From contig CAWGVG010000046.1 in NCBI GenBank assembly GCA_963825865.1, forward strand, positions 1-64,000: a stretch of DNA of 64,000 nt, given 5' to 3'. This document shows positions 12,979-24,490 of the stretch, one piece after another (position 1 is the first letter of the stretch; every line of letters begins with the position of its first letter). The position numbers were made by a program, and so were the translations under genes. Source of the DNA: an uncultured Nitrososphaeraceae archaeon (lineage in GTDB: Archaea > Thermoproteota > Nitrososphaeria > Nitrososphaerales > Nitrososphaeraceae). The notes below the pieces were generated by a model. That model was given only the letters and a program-made list of their open reading frames with translations, ran no database searches and was not told the origin of the DNA.

Positions 12979-13444
12979 CAATCATACACAGAACAACATC
13001 TATTATGATGAAAGAGAGAAAAAATTCTGCAAGCCCCAGCATATCAAGACCTGGACGAGAACAGCAAGGTGATTTTGATGAATAGACTAAGCAAAAGATC
13101 AAGCATATCTTGAAGAGATACAAAGCACAACAGCAACAGTTATCATCTTTACAGCAGACAAAATACATCAAATTCGTTCATGACAAAGAATGCAAACTGC
13201 TATCTTTCACAGGCAGCCTAACTATGAAAAACAATATCTTGCAAGTAACAATTTTTAAATCTATTACAAAAACGAATAAAGAACAAGTTTAGCCGATTTA
13301 AAGATGATACAAAAACTATGGACTTGCATTACCTTTCAAGCGTAGAAATTGAATGCCACCTTGAAACAAGCATGGTGAAATTGAACACTTGACCCTGCAA
13401 ATTGAACATAAACAAAAACAAGAAAAAGAAGGCGGTAGGATTGA

Positions 13445-13933
13445 TTGGCTCAGAAAGTCCAGGAGCTGAGCAGCCAGGAACATAGCCAGAGGGAGATAGC
13501 ACAGATATTACAGGTATCTAATGGTACTGTTAACAGAGACTTGTCGTACCTCAGGCGGCAGGCAAAGTCCAATATCAAAAGATACATTGACGAAAGGCTG
13601 CCAGAAGAGTACAAGAAATGTCTGGTCGGGTTGACTGCAATTCTAAGGGAAGCATGGAATACCTCGCAGCAGGCAGAAGACAGGAGAGAGAAGATACAGG
13701 CTTTGTCGTTGGCTAAAGAGTGTTATTCAATGAAACTTGAACTATTAACCAATGCTACAGTAGTAGATGATGCTATAAAGTTTGTATCGGATAGGTCAAA
13801 AGAGAAGATGAAATCAAGCTACTACGTACCAACAAAGATGACAAATATGAAAATCGAGCTAGAGAAAAAACAAGAAAAGGAAACTGGAGAAACAGCATCA
13901 ACTACAGGTACAACTTTGAATCAAGTTTTTTAA
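13445..13933 (+). CDS. helix-turn-helix protein (family common in Nitrososphaeraceae mobile regions)
   Basis: SQREIAQILQVSNGTVNRDL HTH followed by LPEEY.KCL.GL and ALSLAKECY. Confidence 0.75.
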   Translation: MAQKVQELSSQEHSQREIAQILQVSNGTVNRDLSYLRRQAKSNIKRYIDERLPEEYKKCLVGLTAILREAWNTSQQAEDRREKIQALSLAKECYSMKLELLTNATVVDDAIKFVSDRSKEKMKSSYYVPTKMTNMKIELEKKQEKETGETASTTGTTLNQVF

Positions 13934-14250
13934 AATCTTGTCATTAAAGAAACTTGGTATCGGCGAGCCAGTCCAAGTAGTAACCATTAATATTCAGTCT
14001 GGGTTTACTTTTGGCGGTATAATCTGAAAAAGTTCCTTATTTTTTTTGATATTTTAGGTTTTGATGCATTACCAAAAAAATTAGCAGAGATAAGCGGTTT
14101 TGAAGAAGACTCATTAGAGAAGTATGTTTTTCAAAACCACTAAAAAAGAAGATTGAAGAAATAAAACAAGAAGGACATAAACTCATCGAAGGGACAGACA
14201 GTTATCTAGCCATAGTAGATAACCTTGAATCTGTTTCTAAAATCATAAAA

Positions 14251-15171
14251 ATGGTAACTACACTTAGAATTCCACATAGGGATTGTAAGTTTGTGCCCTT
14301 TGAATTAGCAGTAGATGTAAAGGAGATCAAGGAAAAAGAAATAGAAAATATAAACAGGAAAGAGATTATCGAATTTTACAAGAATGACATAGTCAAGTCC
14401 TATAAAAAATACTACAAATCAAAACATAACGATAGCATAAAGCAAACATTTGTAGTTCATACTGATAAGTTTCACAAAGTGTTGGAATTGAAATCAAGAC
14501 ATCTCTTTTCCGAGAAAATCGAATTCAAAGGTAGTATATTTTTCTTGGCAGATCTAGACATTATGCAAGACATAGAGAGCAGTACACATGATAACAAAAT
14601 AAATATTAAAAAATTTAAAATCAGTATAACAAAAGAACCTCTACTGTGGAAACACCTTGAGCTCAAGGCGCTCCTCTTTTCATCTCTAGATAGCAATAAT
14701 TGGAAAATCCAATTTCTTTATGCCAGAATTCGTCACTGATGATCCACTATTTTACCTTGCGTAAATACTCCACACCTGAAGCTAGTTCATGGAGTATATG
14801 ATATCGATCAATTCAATCACTTGCTTGATCAACTAACAGCTGGAAAAGAGATTACGTTAGGACAAATATCGGGTTCTTTAGATTTGATACCTAACAGAAT
14901 AAAATATGATGTTTATGATGGATCTACTTCGTCTAGTAGAGATTTCGGAATTAATGAACCTTGTCATATGTTATTGAAAGACGGCAATACATCGACTGAA
15001 CTTGAAGCAGTTGAACGACATTTAAGATATGAACTTCAATCTCATAATCCAAGGTATGAGGATTTACAAGATGCTGTTACCAAAGCATTGCGGTTACCAT
15101 GGTGGAGAGGACGTAGTTCTGTGATAATGTATGCTCCATTTGTCGTAATTTGGTGTCCTGAAAACCCATAA
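14251..15171 (+). CDS. hypothetical protein, fragmented
   Basis: consecutive same-strand ORFs 14251..14739 and 14821..15171; no recognisable motif. Confidence 0.4.
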
Positions 15172-15443
15172 TACTTAATTCTGAACAAGGCTTACTAGAC
15201 TTTACAGCTAACATCTAAAGGTACCTAGTGGATTCTTATATTGTACAGTTATATGGTAGGAGAAATAGCGAGTAAGGTTCTCGTGCTTGTACGAATAAAA
15301 CCCACAAGAATACTTGCAGAAAAAGATATAGACTCCTTGGGAGTGACGCTTATTATTATCTATAAATTGGAGGAAAGGACTAGCAGACGAAAAGCCGAAA
15401 GCATCAATGGTATGACAAATTATGTATGAACAATTATGTAAGT

Positions 15444-15839
15444 TCAAGAGATATCTTGGGCTGTAAGTTCACTGATAATCTTTAAGATATTTTCAATTAT
15501 TTTTTCATGGGATTGTTCTTGTTTTTCTATAGAAACCCGTAATAGATTATCATTGTGTAATGGAAACGATGCAACCTTTATTTTTTCTCTTTCCGAGAAA
15601 CTATAGATGGTTTTACCAAACTCTTTATCAAAATCTTTACGCATTTCACTTCTAAGAGCAGATTCTAAATACAGTTTTGAAGAATCTCCTTTATCTTCCA
15701 TGGATTTTACACTCTGCCTCATTCCTCCTGCTACGAGTGTTCCCATATTATTTACTACACCAGCGAAGCGTATATTGGGGTTTAGCGCAAATATGGCATC
15801 GCATAGCTTTTGCAATTTGTTGTTATGAGTAGACATCAC
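15444..15839 (-). CDS. DUF6659 / roadblock-like family protein
   Basis: IRFAGVVNNMGTLVAGGMR...FGKTIYSFSEREK...SFPL pattern typical of thaumarchaeal paralogues. Confidence 0.75.
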   Translation of the reverse strand: MMSTHNNKLQKLCDAIFALNPNIRFAGVVNNMGTLVAGGMRQSVKSMEDKGDSSKLYLESALRSEMRKDFDKEFGKTIYSFSEREKIKVASFPLHNDNLLRVSIEKQEQSHEKIIENILKIISELTAQDIS

Positions 15840-16244
15840 TCAACCGTACGATATCGTCTTTTTGTATTATTAGTCTTGTTATCTAGAAATTGTGGTTTTT
15901 TGGTACTGCCAGTAATAGGTAGATATATCGCTCTCTTTACCATTGCCAACAAATCGACTAGACTGGACTATGCATATACGTGATAGTAATGATGATAAAA
16001 GTGGATGGCAAATAAAAATATATGCAAATAAAGGTAGGCGAATAACCGCCATAGTAAGACCACAGAGCAATAGTGCCTGTGTTTATGTCCCTGCTGATTT
16101 CATCCAAATCCTCATGAGCAACTGACTAGCCATTTATATGGAAGAAAATACCTTCCTTGCTGTTTTCACCACTGACGTGAGAACATAGTAAATGATAGGT
16201 AGTAGTAGCAGGATATTATTATATGTACAAAGAAGATCGCATAC

Positions 16245-17012
16245 TTAGATTTGTGCCATACTCCCATCGACGAACAGTTCGATACCGGTGACATAACTGC
16301 TGTAATCCGACACGAGGAACGAGACGGCTTTCGCGATTTCGTCAGGAGCTTCCCATACGCCCCATCGGCACGCTGGCCACGAGGCTCGTCTTTATGTGCT
16401 CGATCTGTTCCTCAGTCTGTACCGCGCTATTGAAGATCGGTGTGTCGATATAACCAGGACTGATTGCGTTGACGCGGATCTTGCGTTGTTTCAGCTCGTC
16501 CGTCCAGGTGCGAGCAAATGACCGTACTGCGGCCTTGGTTGCGCTGTAAACGGTTGATGTTTCGAATCCTTTGGATGCAGCGATCGAAGCATTCAGAATG
16601 ATCGAACCCCCTCCGCTGTCCTGAAACAGAGGAAGCGCTTTTTGAACACTGAACAGAAGCCCTTTGACGTTGATCCCTAACGTTTTGTCAAAGTGCGCTT
16701 CGGTAATCTCCCCCAATGGGGCGAATTCTCCAACACCGGCGTTGGCGAACAGGATATCGATGCGGCCTCTGCTCCTTCACCTTGGCATACAACCGGTCAA
16801 GATCTGCGAGATTTGAGACGTCGCCCTGAACACCGGTGACGTTGTTGTTGTTGTTTTTGCCGATCTGCTTGACTGCTGTATCAAGTTCGCTTTGACGGCG
16901 GCCGGTGATAAAAACATAGGCACCCTCGTCGACGAACCGCTGTGCCGTGGCGAGGCCTATTCCGCTGCCTTCCTCCTGTGATGACTGCTACTTTTCCTTC
17001 AAGCTTTTTCAT
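16245..17012 (-). CDS. short-chain dehydrogenase/reductase (GC-rich, frameshifted)
   Basis: [46 protein letters not shown] across shifted frames. Confidence 0.9.
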
Positions 17013-17083
17013 GATTTTTACTCTTGCGTTGATAAGATTTAAGTTGTAAGAGTTGAGCATCGTCAGTATACAAAAGATAAAAT

Positions 17084-17233
17084 ATGTACATACTTTGTAA
17101 TTCATGCGGAAAAGAGTTTAATGATCTAGTTGAAGGAGTGAGGTACTCAAGCTCCACTAAGGGAGTTCCATTCTTCTGCTCAGATGATTGTTGCAAAAAC
17201 TACCTTAATAGAGCCGGTAAAGTAGCTAGTTGA
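17084..17233 (+). CDS. 49-aa TRASH/YHS-like metal-binding protein (absent from the ORF track)
   Basis: MYILCNSCGKEFNDLVEGVRYSSSTKGVPFFCSDDCCKNYLNRAGKVAS*; CxxC...FCSxxC motif. Confidence 0.7.
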   Translation: MYILCNSCGKEFNDLVEGVRYSSSTKGVPFFCSDDCCKNYLNRAGKVAS

Positions 17234-17333
17234 AGTGTAGAACTAGTAGACAGATATACTTAGATTTAGATGACGTAACAATAGTTATTATTGCTCTTTT
17301 TAGCTGTAAAAGTGTTTATTGTCCAGTCGTAAA

Positions 17334-17633
17334 TTACTTCTACCATTACATTTATCGCAGTATTTCTCTACGACAATAACACCGTCGCCGACATCAAAGA
17401 AAGCTTCCCGGGTGGCAATATTACCGCAATATACACAAAATTTTGGCTTATCTTTATTATTCGTAAATGATGCATTGTTGCATGATTCAGAAAAATCGTT
17501 ATTGTTAAGTGTTTACAGCATAAACTATGAATGATTTGGATGCGAAGTAATCACTTTTGGTCTAGGTTTCTGAACATAGTCGACCAATATCAGATTCGTG
17601 CAACAAAGCAGTAAATGAGTTTACTGATTTCAA
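17334..17633 (-). pseudogene. small CxxC..CxxC Zn-finger gene interrupted by a MITE
   Basis: removing 17471..17610 plus one TSD restores TTG-KSVNSFTNNKDKPKFCVYCGNIATREAFFDVGDGVIVVEKYCDKCNGKK*. Confidence 0.8.
17471..17610. mobile_element. 140-bp MITE related to the IS5-family element of this window
   Basis: TIRs tgcattgttgcatgattc / gattcgtgcaacaaagca (15/18); perfect 8-bp TSD gtaaatga at 17463-17470 and 17611-17618. Confidence 0.9.
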
Positions 17634-17698
17634 GATTTTTTGTATAAACTTAACCTCTTACCATCTGTAAACAGAGGTAAGCACACTTGGTACCAAAT

Positions 17699-17803
17699 TC
17701 AGCTAGGCTTATTTCTCTTACGTCTCTCATCTTTGGCATACTTTTTGCTTCCTGATCGCTGTGCAGTATAAGCATGAGTTTTATTTCCTTTTCGATGAGC
17801 CAT
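17699..17803 (-). CDS. 34-aa highly basic peptide
   Basis: MAHRKGNKTHAYTAQRSGSKKYAKDERRKRNKPS*; AT-rich TATA-like region upstream, hairpin downstream at ~17658-17680. Confidence 0.4.
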   Translation of the reverse strand: MAHRKGNKTHAYTAQRSGSKKYAKDERRKRNKPS

Positions 17804-18302
17804 AGTTACATAAATAAAGTCAGAGAAATATATCCTATCCTATCGGATCATCCATTTAGTAGACTCAAGTATAAACATCTTACTAAAAGTCCAAACATCT
17901 CAATTCCTGTTGGTATCTATCTTCTCTAACGAATAATTCTCTTGGTATAAGTTGGTGAAGCGTTGCCATGCGGTCGGATTTTGCTACTTTTTCATGATAT
18001 CTTTCAACAAATTTGTTATTTCTATCCAGTTCTGCAAGTAGATCGCCATGAATTGTTTTTCTGCAGTCCTCAAAAAAGAGGGTCTTTTGAACTTACTTCT
18101 TCTACTTTCGTTGAAACCTTATACCACTTCTCATAGTAGTATTTACTATGCTTTTTCATCTACCATTTTGCGCATATGGATCTCTTATACGAATCTTTGC
18201 CAATCGTAATAAGACCAGAACCTAGCCAGCGTGTATGCAAATGAAGATATTAATCCCAGTTCTTGCTTGTTACAGTATCCTTAGCTACGCTTCACATGGC
18301 TG

Positions 18303-19690
18303 ATGCTGATTCTTTCCCATAGCCGCAGTTCCATCAGATCATCGTCTAAAGGAGTAGTGATATTAAATAATACTACTGCTTCTTTTGCCAGTAATAATAA
18401 TTACACATGTAAGCCTCCAGTTTTGTACTCCAAACTAGATGGTAAAGGAGTAGTGATATTAAGAGGAGCTACTGTAATTGATGGCACTGGTAGTGTACCA
18501 AAACCTGATGCAGTAATAATTGTCAATGCCAATAAAATAGTTGATGTACTTACTGACGATAGCAAATACCATACACAATGTAAACGTTCTAAACCTTACT
18601 GGCAAGTATATCATACCTGGACTTTTTGATATGCATGCACATGTAGCAGGTGTACTAAAAAACTCATACAATCAGACTAAATCTGAGGATATGCTCAAAA
18701 TGCTTTTAGCTAATGGCGTTACCACTATACGAAATCCTGGTGGACCCACTAAACAGTCAGTAGCGTTGAAGGAAAATGTAACTGCAGATAAGATAAAAGG
18801 ACCAAGAATATTTACTGCAGGCAGGCTCATTAATGATCCACAGATACCAATACCATTTGTAGAAAAGCAAGTCAAGACGGAACAGGAGGTTAGACAAGAA
18901 GTTCGCCTCCAAGCAGCAAGTGGTGTAGATTATATCAAGATATATGTTGGCCTTAGCCCTAATTTAGTAAGAGCAGCTATCGATGAGGCGCATCACGATG
19001 GAATAAAAGTCATTGGACATTTATATTTGACAAGCTGGACTGATGCTGCAAATCTTGGTATTGATGCTCTTACACATGGAGTTCCAGTAAGTCCATATCT
19101 GTTACCAAAAGATAAGCAGAGAATATTTATTGAAAATGGTCTAGGCCCATTCGATCACTTCTTGTGGCTTAGTTTAGTAAACCTAAACAGCAGGCAGCAA
19201 TAATAATAGTAGTAGCAGTAGTAATACAGAAATTAATGAAATGATAAAATCTTTAGTAACACACGAAGTTCCAATAGATCCAACCTTGGATATATACGAA
19301 GCAATGCTAAAAGATGATACGAATTATCAATACCTCTGGTCTAAAGTGCTTCGGTTAACCAAAATGATGTATGATAATGGAGTAGAAATTCTTTCAGGAA
19401 CTGATATCCCAAACTTTGGATTAATTCCAGGAGAAAGTCTACATCATGAGCTAGAGCTCTTGGTAGAATCAGGTATTAGTCCTTTGGATGTTATTAAGAT
19501 TGCAACAAGAAATGGAGCAGATGCTCTTGGCATATTAAACAAAGTAGGAACTGTAGAGAATGGAAAAGAAGCAGATATGATTGTCCTTGCAGCAAATCCT
19601 ATTGATAACATTAGCAATACAAAGAAGATTGAAGCTATAATAAATGATAGAAAGCTAGTTGACAGAGAAAAAATATTATTGAATAGATGA
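18303..19690 (+). CDS. amidohydrolase family protein (frameshifted)
   Basis: GATVIDGTG, IIPGLFDMHAH, GVTTIR, DYIKIY, GTD, ATRNGA, ADMIVL. Confidence 0.9.
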
Positions 19691-19759
19691 GATCATATTT
19701 CAGGTCTGTTAACTGGTAAGGGATACCTAGTTGATAGAGACAACAGCCGAATACAAGTC

Positions 19760-20637
19760 TCTATAAATGGGACCAAACTTGCTGAAATAACAGAGGAGCA
19801 ATTTCCATTAGAAAAGGATATTCAAAGGCTAACTGAAGCAAATATGCAGCAAATTTTTGAGCTCGAACTTGTAAGATCTAAATTTGAAATTCATGGTCTA
19901 AGAATAGATACTCTTGGCTTTGATAAGGAGTCTGGAGCATTTGTTATAATAGAGTACAAGAAAGATAGGAATTTTTCTGTGGTTGATCAAGGTGTAGCTT
20001 ATCTGAACTTGATGCTTAATAACAAAGCTGATTTTATTTTAGAATATAATGAAAGATCATCATCATCATTATCCAAAACTCTGAAAAGAGATGATGTTGA
20101 TTGGTCTCAATAACGAATAATATTCATCATACCTGAGTTTACGAAATATCAACAATATGCTATAGGATTCAAAGACTTGGGCATACAGCTTTGGGAAGTT
20201 CACAAATATAGTGATGGTCTTATTGGATTTCATGAAATAAAGCCCATCGATAGACAAGAATCCCTATCTACTATAACCAAAATAAAATCCTATTGCAAAA
20301 AAGGTAACTGAGGAAATAAGAGTCTATACTGAAGAAGAATCATTTAAATGAAGTTGATGATAACATCAAAGAACTATACTCAGAGTTGAAGTCAGCAATA
20401 TCCATACTAGGTAATGATATTGAGGTAAGGCCAAAGAAACATTATGTTGCCTTCCGTCGCAAACTTAAGCTATATCTTAATATTGAAATAAATCAAATTG
20501 ATGACCCATTAAAGAAAGCAAGAGATGTAAAGGATATAGGACATTATTCAAGTGGTAAAACAGAAATAATAATAAAAGATAGAAGTGAAATCCCTTCTGT
20601 ATTACCTCTTATAAAACAAGCATATGAAAAAAGTTGA
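19760..20637 (+). pseudogene. PD-(D/E)xK nuclease-like + DUF5655 domain protein, disrupted
   Basis: RIDTLGFD..IIEYKK..QG..Y; C-terminal PKKHYVAF, ARDVKDIGH, IKQAYEK; in-frame stop at 20111 and apparent deletion after AFRRK. Confidence 0.75.
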
Positions 20638-20737
20638 TTTGCATAACATGCTTGTAACCACTATAACAGTTTGTTAGAAAATAAAGTTTAGACAAAGCCA
20701 GGTTACTTGAACCTCATAATTCTTTAGCCGTACTGTT

Positions 20738-21406
20738 TCAGTTCACTATCATTAATGCTTTGCCATGATGGTCCACTAACTTTTGTTTTTGCTCTTCTGT
20801 AAATCTTTTATCAATGTCTTCTTTATGATAAATGCAAAATGCTTTTAATTTCATACCATCAAATTTTGATGGCAGGGATAATTCATATTCAACAAGTTTA
20901 TCTGCTGTTTTATTATGATGGTAATGATAAAATGAACCTAAATCAGCAATTACAGAAACTCCATTCTTATCTAAACTTTCTGCCTTTTTAACTAATTGCT
21001 TGAAAAATGACATTAGCCTATCTTTCCCATTATAATTATTATCTGAATCAAAATATGCTTTTACAGAATCCATTATTAAAAGAGAGCCTTCCTTTTCATA
21101 TTTTTTTACTTCAAGAATGCTATTGCTATTAATGTCATTAACAGTACCATCATTAGCCTTACCCTCTGCTATATTGTTGACAAAACCCTCAGACAAAGTC
21201 TTTCTAACCTTATTAGCAGTCTCATAATACGGGAGGATAAGAACAATTTCATTATTGTCTTCTAACTGGCTTTTGGCGTACGTTGAATAAGTCTCTCTTA
21301 ATGTTTCTATATTAGGATAGACAAGAATAGAATGAGTGCCATATTCTGCTTTATTGAGATGGTCTAAAATCTCATTATTAGATCCAATTATTAGATTTTC
21401 TTTCAT
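20738..21406 (-). CDS. MEDS (methanogen/methylotroph DcmR sensory) domain protein
   Basis: GTHSILVYP, LVEYELSLP, FCIYHKED, HHGK pattern. Confidence 0.8.
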   Translation of the reverse strand: MKENLIIGSNNEILDHLNKAEYGTHSILVYPNIETLRETYSTYAKSQLEDNNEIVLILPYYETANKVRKTLSEGFVNNIAEGKANDGTVNDINSNSILEVKKYEKEGSLLIMDSVKAYFDSDNNYNGKDRLMSFFKQLVKKAESLDKNGVSVIADLGSFYHYHHNKTADKLVEYELSLPSKFDGMKLKAFCIYHKEDIDKRFTEEQKQKLVDHHGKALMIVN

Positions 21407-21490
21407 TATCTAGATACACAACGTATATGGCTTGATAAACAGATGTTATAAGCATTGTAGTGTGCCAATTCACCTATTCTTCTGTTGTAT

Positions 21491-21909
21491 TTAACTAGGA
21501 TAATTGTTTGCTATTAGACCTTTTAACTTTCTTATAGAGAATGGTTTTTGAAGAAAGGCGTCTATCTTAATACCTGGTAAAACCTTTGAGAGTTCTATGT
21601 TATTAATCTCAAAAGCAGTCATTAGTATAATCTTAACTTCTGGGTTGATTGCTTTTACTTTTCTCACAAACCCATAACCATTCATACCTGGCATTCTAAT
21701 ATCAGAGATAATTATGCTGAACAAATTTCAAAATTTGACTTGAAATATTCTAATGCTACAATTGGATCTGTAAAAGCAGATACTCTGAATCCAAGACCTT
21801 GCAGAGATTTTTTAACTATTGTTGCAATGTCAGGTTCGTCATCAAGTACAAGGATAGATCTATTATTACTATTACTATTATTATTTCCTTGGTTAGTATC
21901 TGGTAGCAT
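21491..21909 (-). CDS. stand-alone response regulator receiver (frameshift near 21720)
   Basis: ILVLDDEPD, ISDIRMPGMNG, MTAF, FLQKPF. Confidence 0.9.
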
Positions 21910-22217
21910 CTTTCTTTTATTCTACCTTCTTTTGCAAATAGTGTGAAAAATAATCACAGATAAAAGTATTAGTGATTAAGACTCTTCTTTATGACCTTTT
22001 GTAACTTGTAAAACCTGAGATGTCTGATCAGTATTATAGTAGTTTTAGCAAACAAGTATATCTGGCAGGAAAAGAACACAGTTGTATATGTATTCTTGCT
22101 ATTATTGTAATACTTATCAAACTGACCTGGAAAAAAGCTACGAAAGACATGTTATACTAACTCACCCTAAAAGGCCAGCTTATCCTAGCAAGGTAGATTT
22201 AGAGAGGCTAGGAATAC

Positions 22218-22442
22218 ATGGACAGGGAAAGAGATGGGAAATATAGTATATGGTCATATATGAGTATTGAAGAAGCTCCAATTAGATGCAGATTTTGTAA
22301 AGACATTATAGAAGTTGACAAAGCAGGAGAACGCTTTATCATTACAGCCTTCTCAGGCGGAGTAAAAGAATATGAACATTGGAAATGTTACCAGCAGCAG
22401 ATGTTTACAAAAGTACTGCAGAATATCTTTGGCTGGTGCTGA
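22218..22442 (+). CDS. small Zn-binding hypothetical protein
   Basis: CRFC...HWKC motif; true start probably 22260. Confidence 0.5.
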   Translation: MDRERDGKYSIWSYMSIEEAPIRCRFCKDIIEVDKAGERFIITAFSGGVKEYEHWKCYQQQMFTKVLQNIFGWC

Positions 22443-22562
22443 TAATTATATCTAACCATGTCATTATCTTTACCAGCTTATTTTTGCTTTATGAAAAAAT
22501 GGAGCAACAATAGTAATTGATAGTAATTTTATAATACCTTAAACAATTCTTTATTCTTACAG

Positions 22563-23009
22563 ATGTCTGAAGAAAGAAGAGAAAGAAGAAGAATTACAAC
22601 AGAATAGATACAAGCAAAAGCAGAAGATCTAGGTGGAGAAGACGCAAGCCTAATCACAGAATCAAGAAGAAGTGATACCTCTTACAGAGACAAAATATGA
22701 ATCTCCATCAAAGAAAGTAAGAAAGACTAGGAAATCTAAGTCAAAGGCTGTGCTCCAAAGAAGGAATCTAATAATAACACTAACTTGATAAGCATGTCAA
22801 AACAGCTTGAAAAACAATCAAAACAGCTTGCTAGGATTGAAAAAGTAATTCAACCATTACAAAACTCATTTAATAAAATAGACAGACAATCAAATACAAT
22901 AAAACAGCTTTATGGGATAGTAACACAATTACAAAGACAAATTCACCATCAAATTCAACAACAACAAAACAACACACTCAAAAAAGAAAGGAAAGGATGG
23001 GATTACTAG
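22563..23009 (+). pseudogene. coiled-coil hypothetical protein, fragmented
   Basis: ATG at 22563 with internal stops; ORF 22785..23009 is a Q/K-rich heptad pattern. Confidence 0.35.
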
Positions 23010-23490
23010 CCCAAAGAAGTGAGGAATAACAGCAGCAATGAGACTCATTCACTATCCTACAATTCGAATTAACATATGACTAAGATGTTCAGAATTATCA
23101 TGCTGCATTCTTTATAAGTACTTTGGCTCTGTCCTTAACTTTATTTAAAACATTGTCATGTGTTGAAATAATGCGTCCTATAATATTGACAGGAGAATAA
23201 GGTAAAATCTTGCCAGATTTACTAATAGGTGTAGGGCCATAAAACAAGCAGAATGCATTACCTTCGGGCCAAAATGCAACGTCAAATAGATTTACCTCTG
23301 ATTTTGCATTTTCTTCTTGAGCAACTATTGAAGTCTTATCAGTATATAGTTCTTCACCCCATTTATTGATATTTACTTCAATTGGGAGATTCTCTAGTAT
23401 TGCTTTAACAGTTTTGGGTGATTGTGAGTCATCTAATTCCACAGATACAGTTTCGTTAAATTCAGGAAATATTATTTTTATGAGTTTTTC

Positions 23491-24490
23491 TGCTCTGTTG
23501 CATAATTCATTAGGATTTTAGGTTATGCAAACCGTTAGCTAGGTGATTCGATTGAACATGTTATACAGAGCTGCCTTTAGGAGGAATCTCTTTTACCATG
23601 TGAGGAAACTTTCTAGCTGTTACATGTTCACCAAATGTTCTTTTAATGGAAGAGAATGCTGTTTCTGCTATCCACCTGTACCCATAGCTCACGCTACGCT
23701 TCCATTTTTTGAGGTTTGTCTGTTGTCTTACTACAGACATATTCCTAGCATAACAGTTAGTTGACTTGACCTTGGAATTACTTCTTGTCTTTATACCAGG
23801 CTTAATGTGGTTCTTTGATAGGTATCTAAAATTCTTATTGCTGTCGTACATACCATCTGCTAATATACCCTTCAGATTATTATTTTCAGAAGCATTGTCT
23901 ACTAACTTCTTTAGCATCTTACCATCATGTACCTCTTCACTTGTTACCTCCAGAGATACAATTCTTTTCTTCTCGATATCAACTGCTATGTGTATCTTTA
24001 GATATCCTTTTCTGACATGCCATTTGTGGTGCATCCATTCCCCTCGATTAGCTACCTTAATGCCGGTGCTGTCTAAAGCAATGACAATATCATTTCCTAA
24101 TTTTTCATCGATTTTAATCTCTAGCCTGTTTATACGTCTATTAATGGTACTATAATGTGGTGTGTTTGATACTTCTTTACTTGCATGAGCTATGACTACA
24201 CCCTGTGTTTGTCTATATGGTAGATGGAAATATGCTCTCATGTAACCTAGAAGCTGAATAAATGAATTTGGGTAGCAGTAGGGCTCACCAACCTTACCAA
24301 GGTTCATTTGACATAATTCATGATCCCATCCATCAAGTACATCAAAATCCAAGAGTACTTGACCACGCCTAACTAGTGATTCATTATAGCAAGGCCAGTC
24401 AACCATACCAGAATAATTAATACTAGCAAGCTAAATGGTGAGTGGTCAAATAAGTATCACTTACAAGATAATTAATCATGCAACAAAGCA
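23491..24490 (-). mobile_element. IS5-family insertion sequence, copy 1 (1000 bp)
   Basis: 22-bp TIRs (19/22) tgctctgttgcataattcatta / tgctttgttgcatgattaatta; 8-bp TSD agtttttc at 23483-23490 and 24491-24498. Confidence 0.95.
23561..24406 (-). CDS. IS5-family DDE transposase
   Basis: YNESLVRRG, ALDSTG, YLKIH, LADGMYD, RWIAETAFSSIK; C-terminal frameshift relative to copy 2. Confidence 0.95.
   Translation of the reverse strand: MVDWPCYNESLVRRGQVLLDFDVLDGWDHELCQMNLGKVGEPYCYPNSFIQLLGYMRAYFHLPYRQTQGVVIAHASKEVSNTPHYSTINRRINRLEIKIDEKLGNDIVIALDSTGIKVANRGEWMHHKWHVRKGYLKIHIAVDIEKKRIVSLEVTSEEVHDGKMLKKLVDNASENNNLKGILADGMYDSNKNFRYLSKNHIKPGIKTRSNSKVKSTNCYARNMSVVRQQTNLKKWKRSVSYGYRWIAETAFSSIKRTFGEHVTARKFPHMVKEIPPKGSSV

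Larger units (their letters stand above)
4350..13933. mobile_element. decaying integrated element (integrase, wHTH and Zn-finger genes, primase-polymerase/helicase, AbrB, HTH); boundaries approximate
   Basis: cluster of tyrosine integrase, Prim-Pol replication gene and small DNA-binding ORFs with no core genes; no att repeat pair found. Confidence 0.65.

Noticed and set aside
18347-18462. 20-bp direct repeat taaaggagtagtgatattaa, 96 bp apart
   Set aside because: In-frame coding duplication (KGVVIL twice) in the amidohydrolase N-terminus; spacing and sequence do not fit CRISPR
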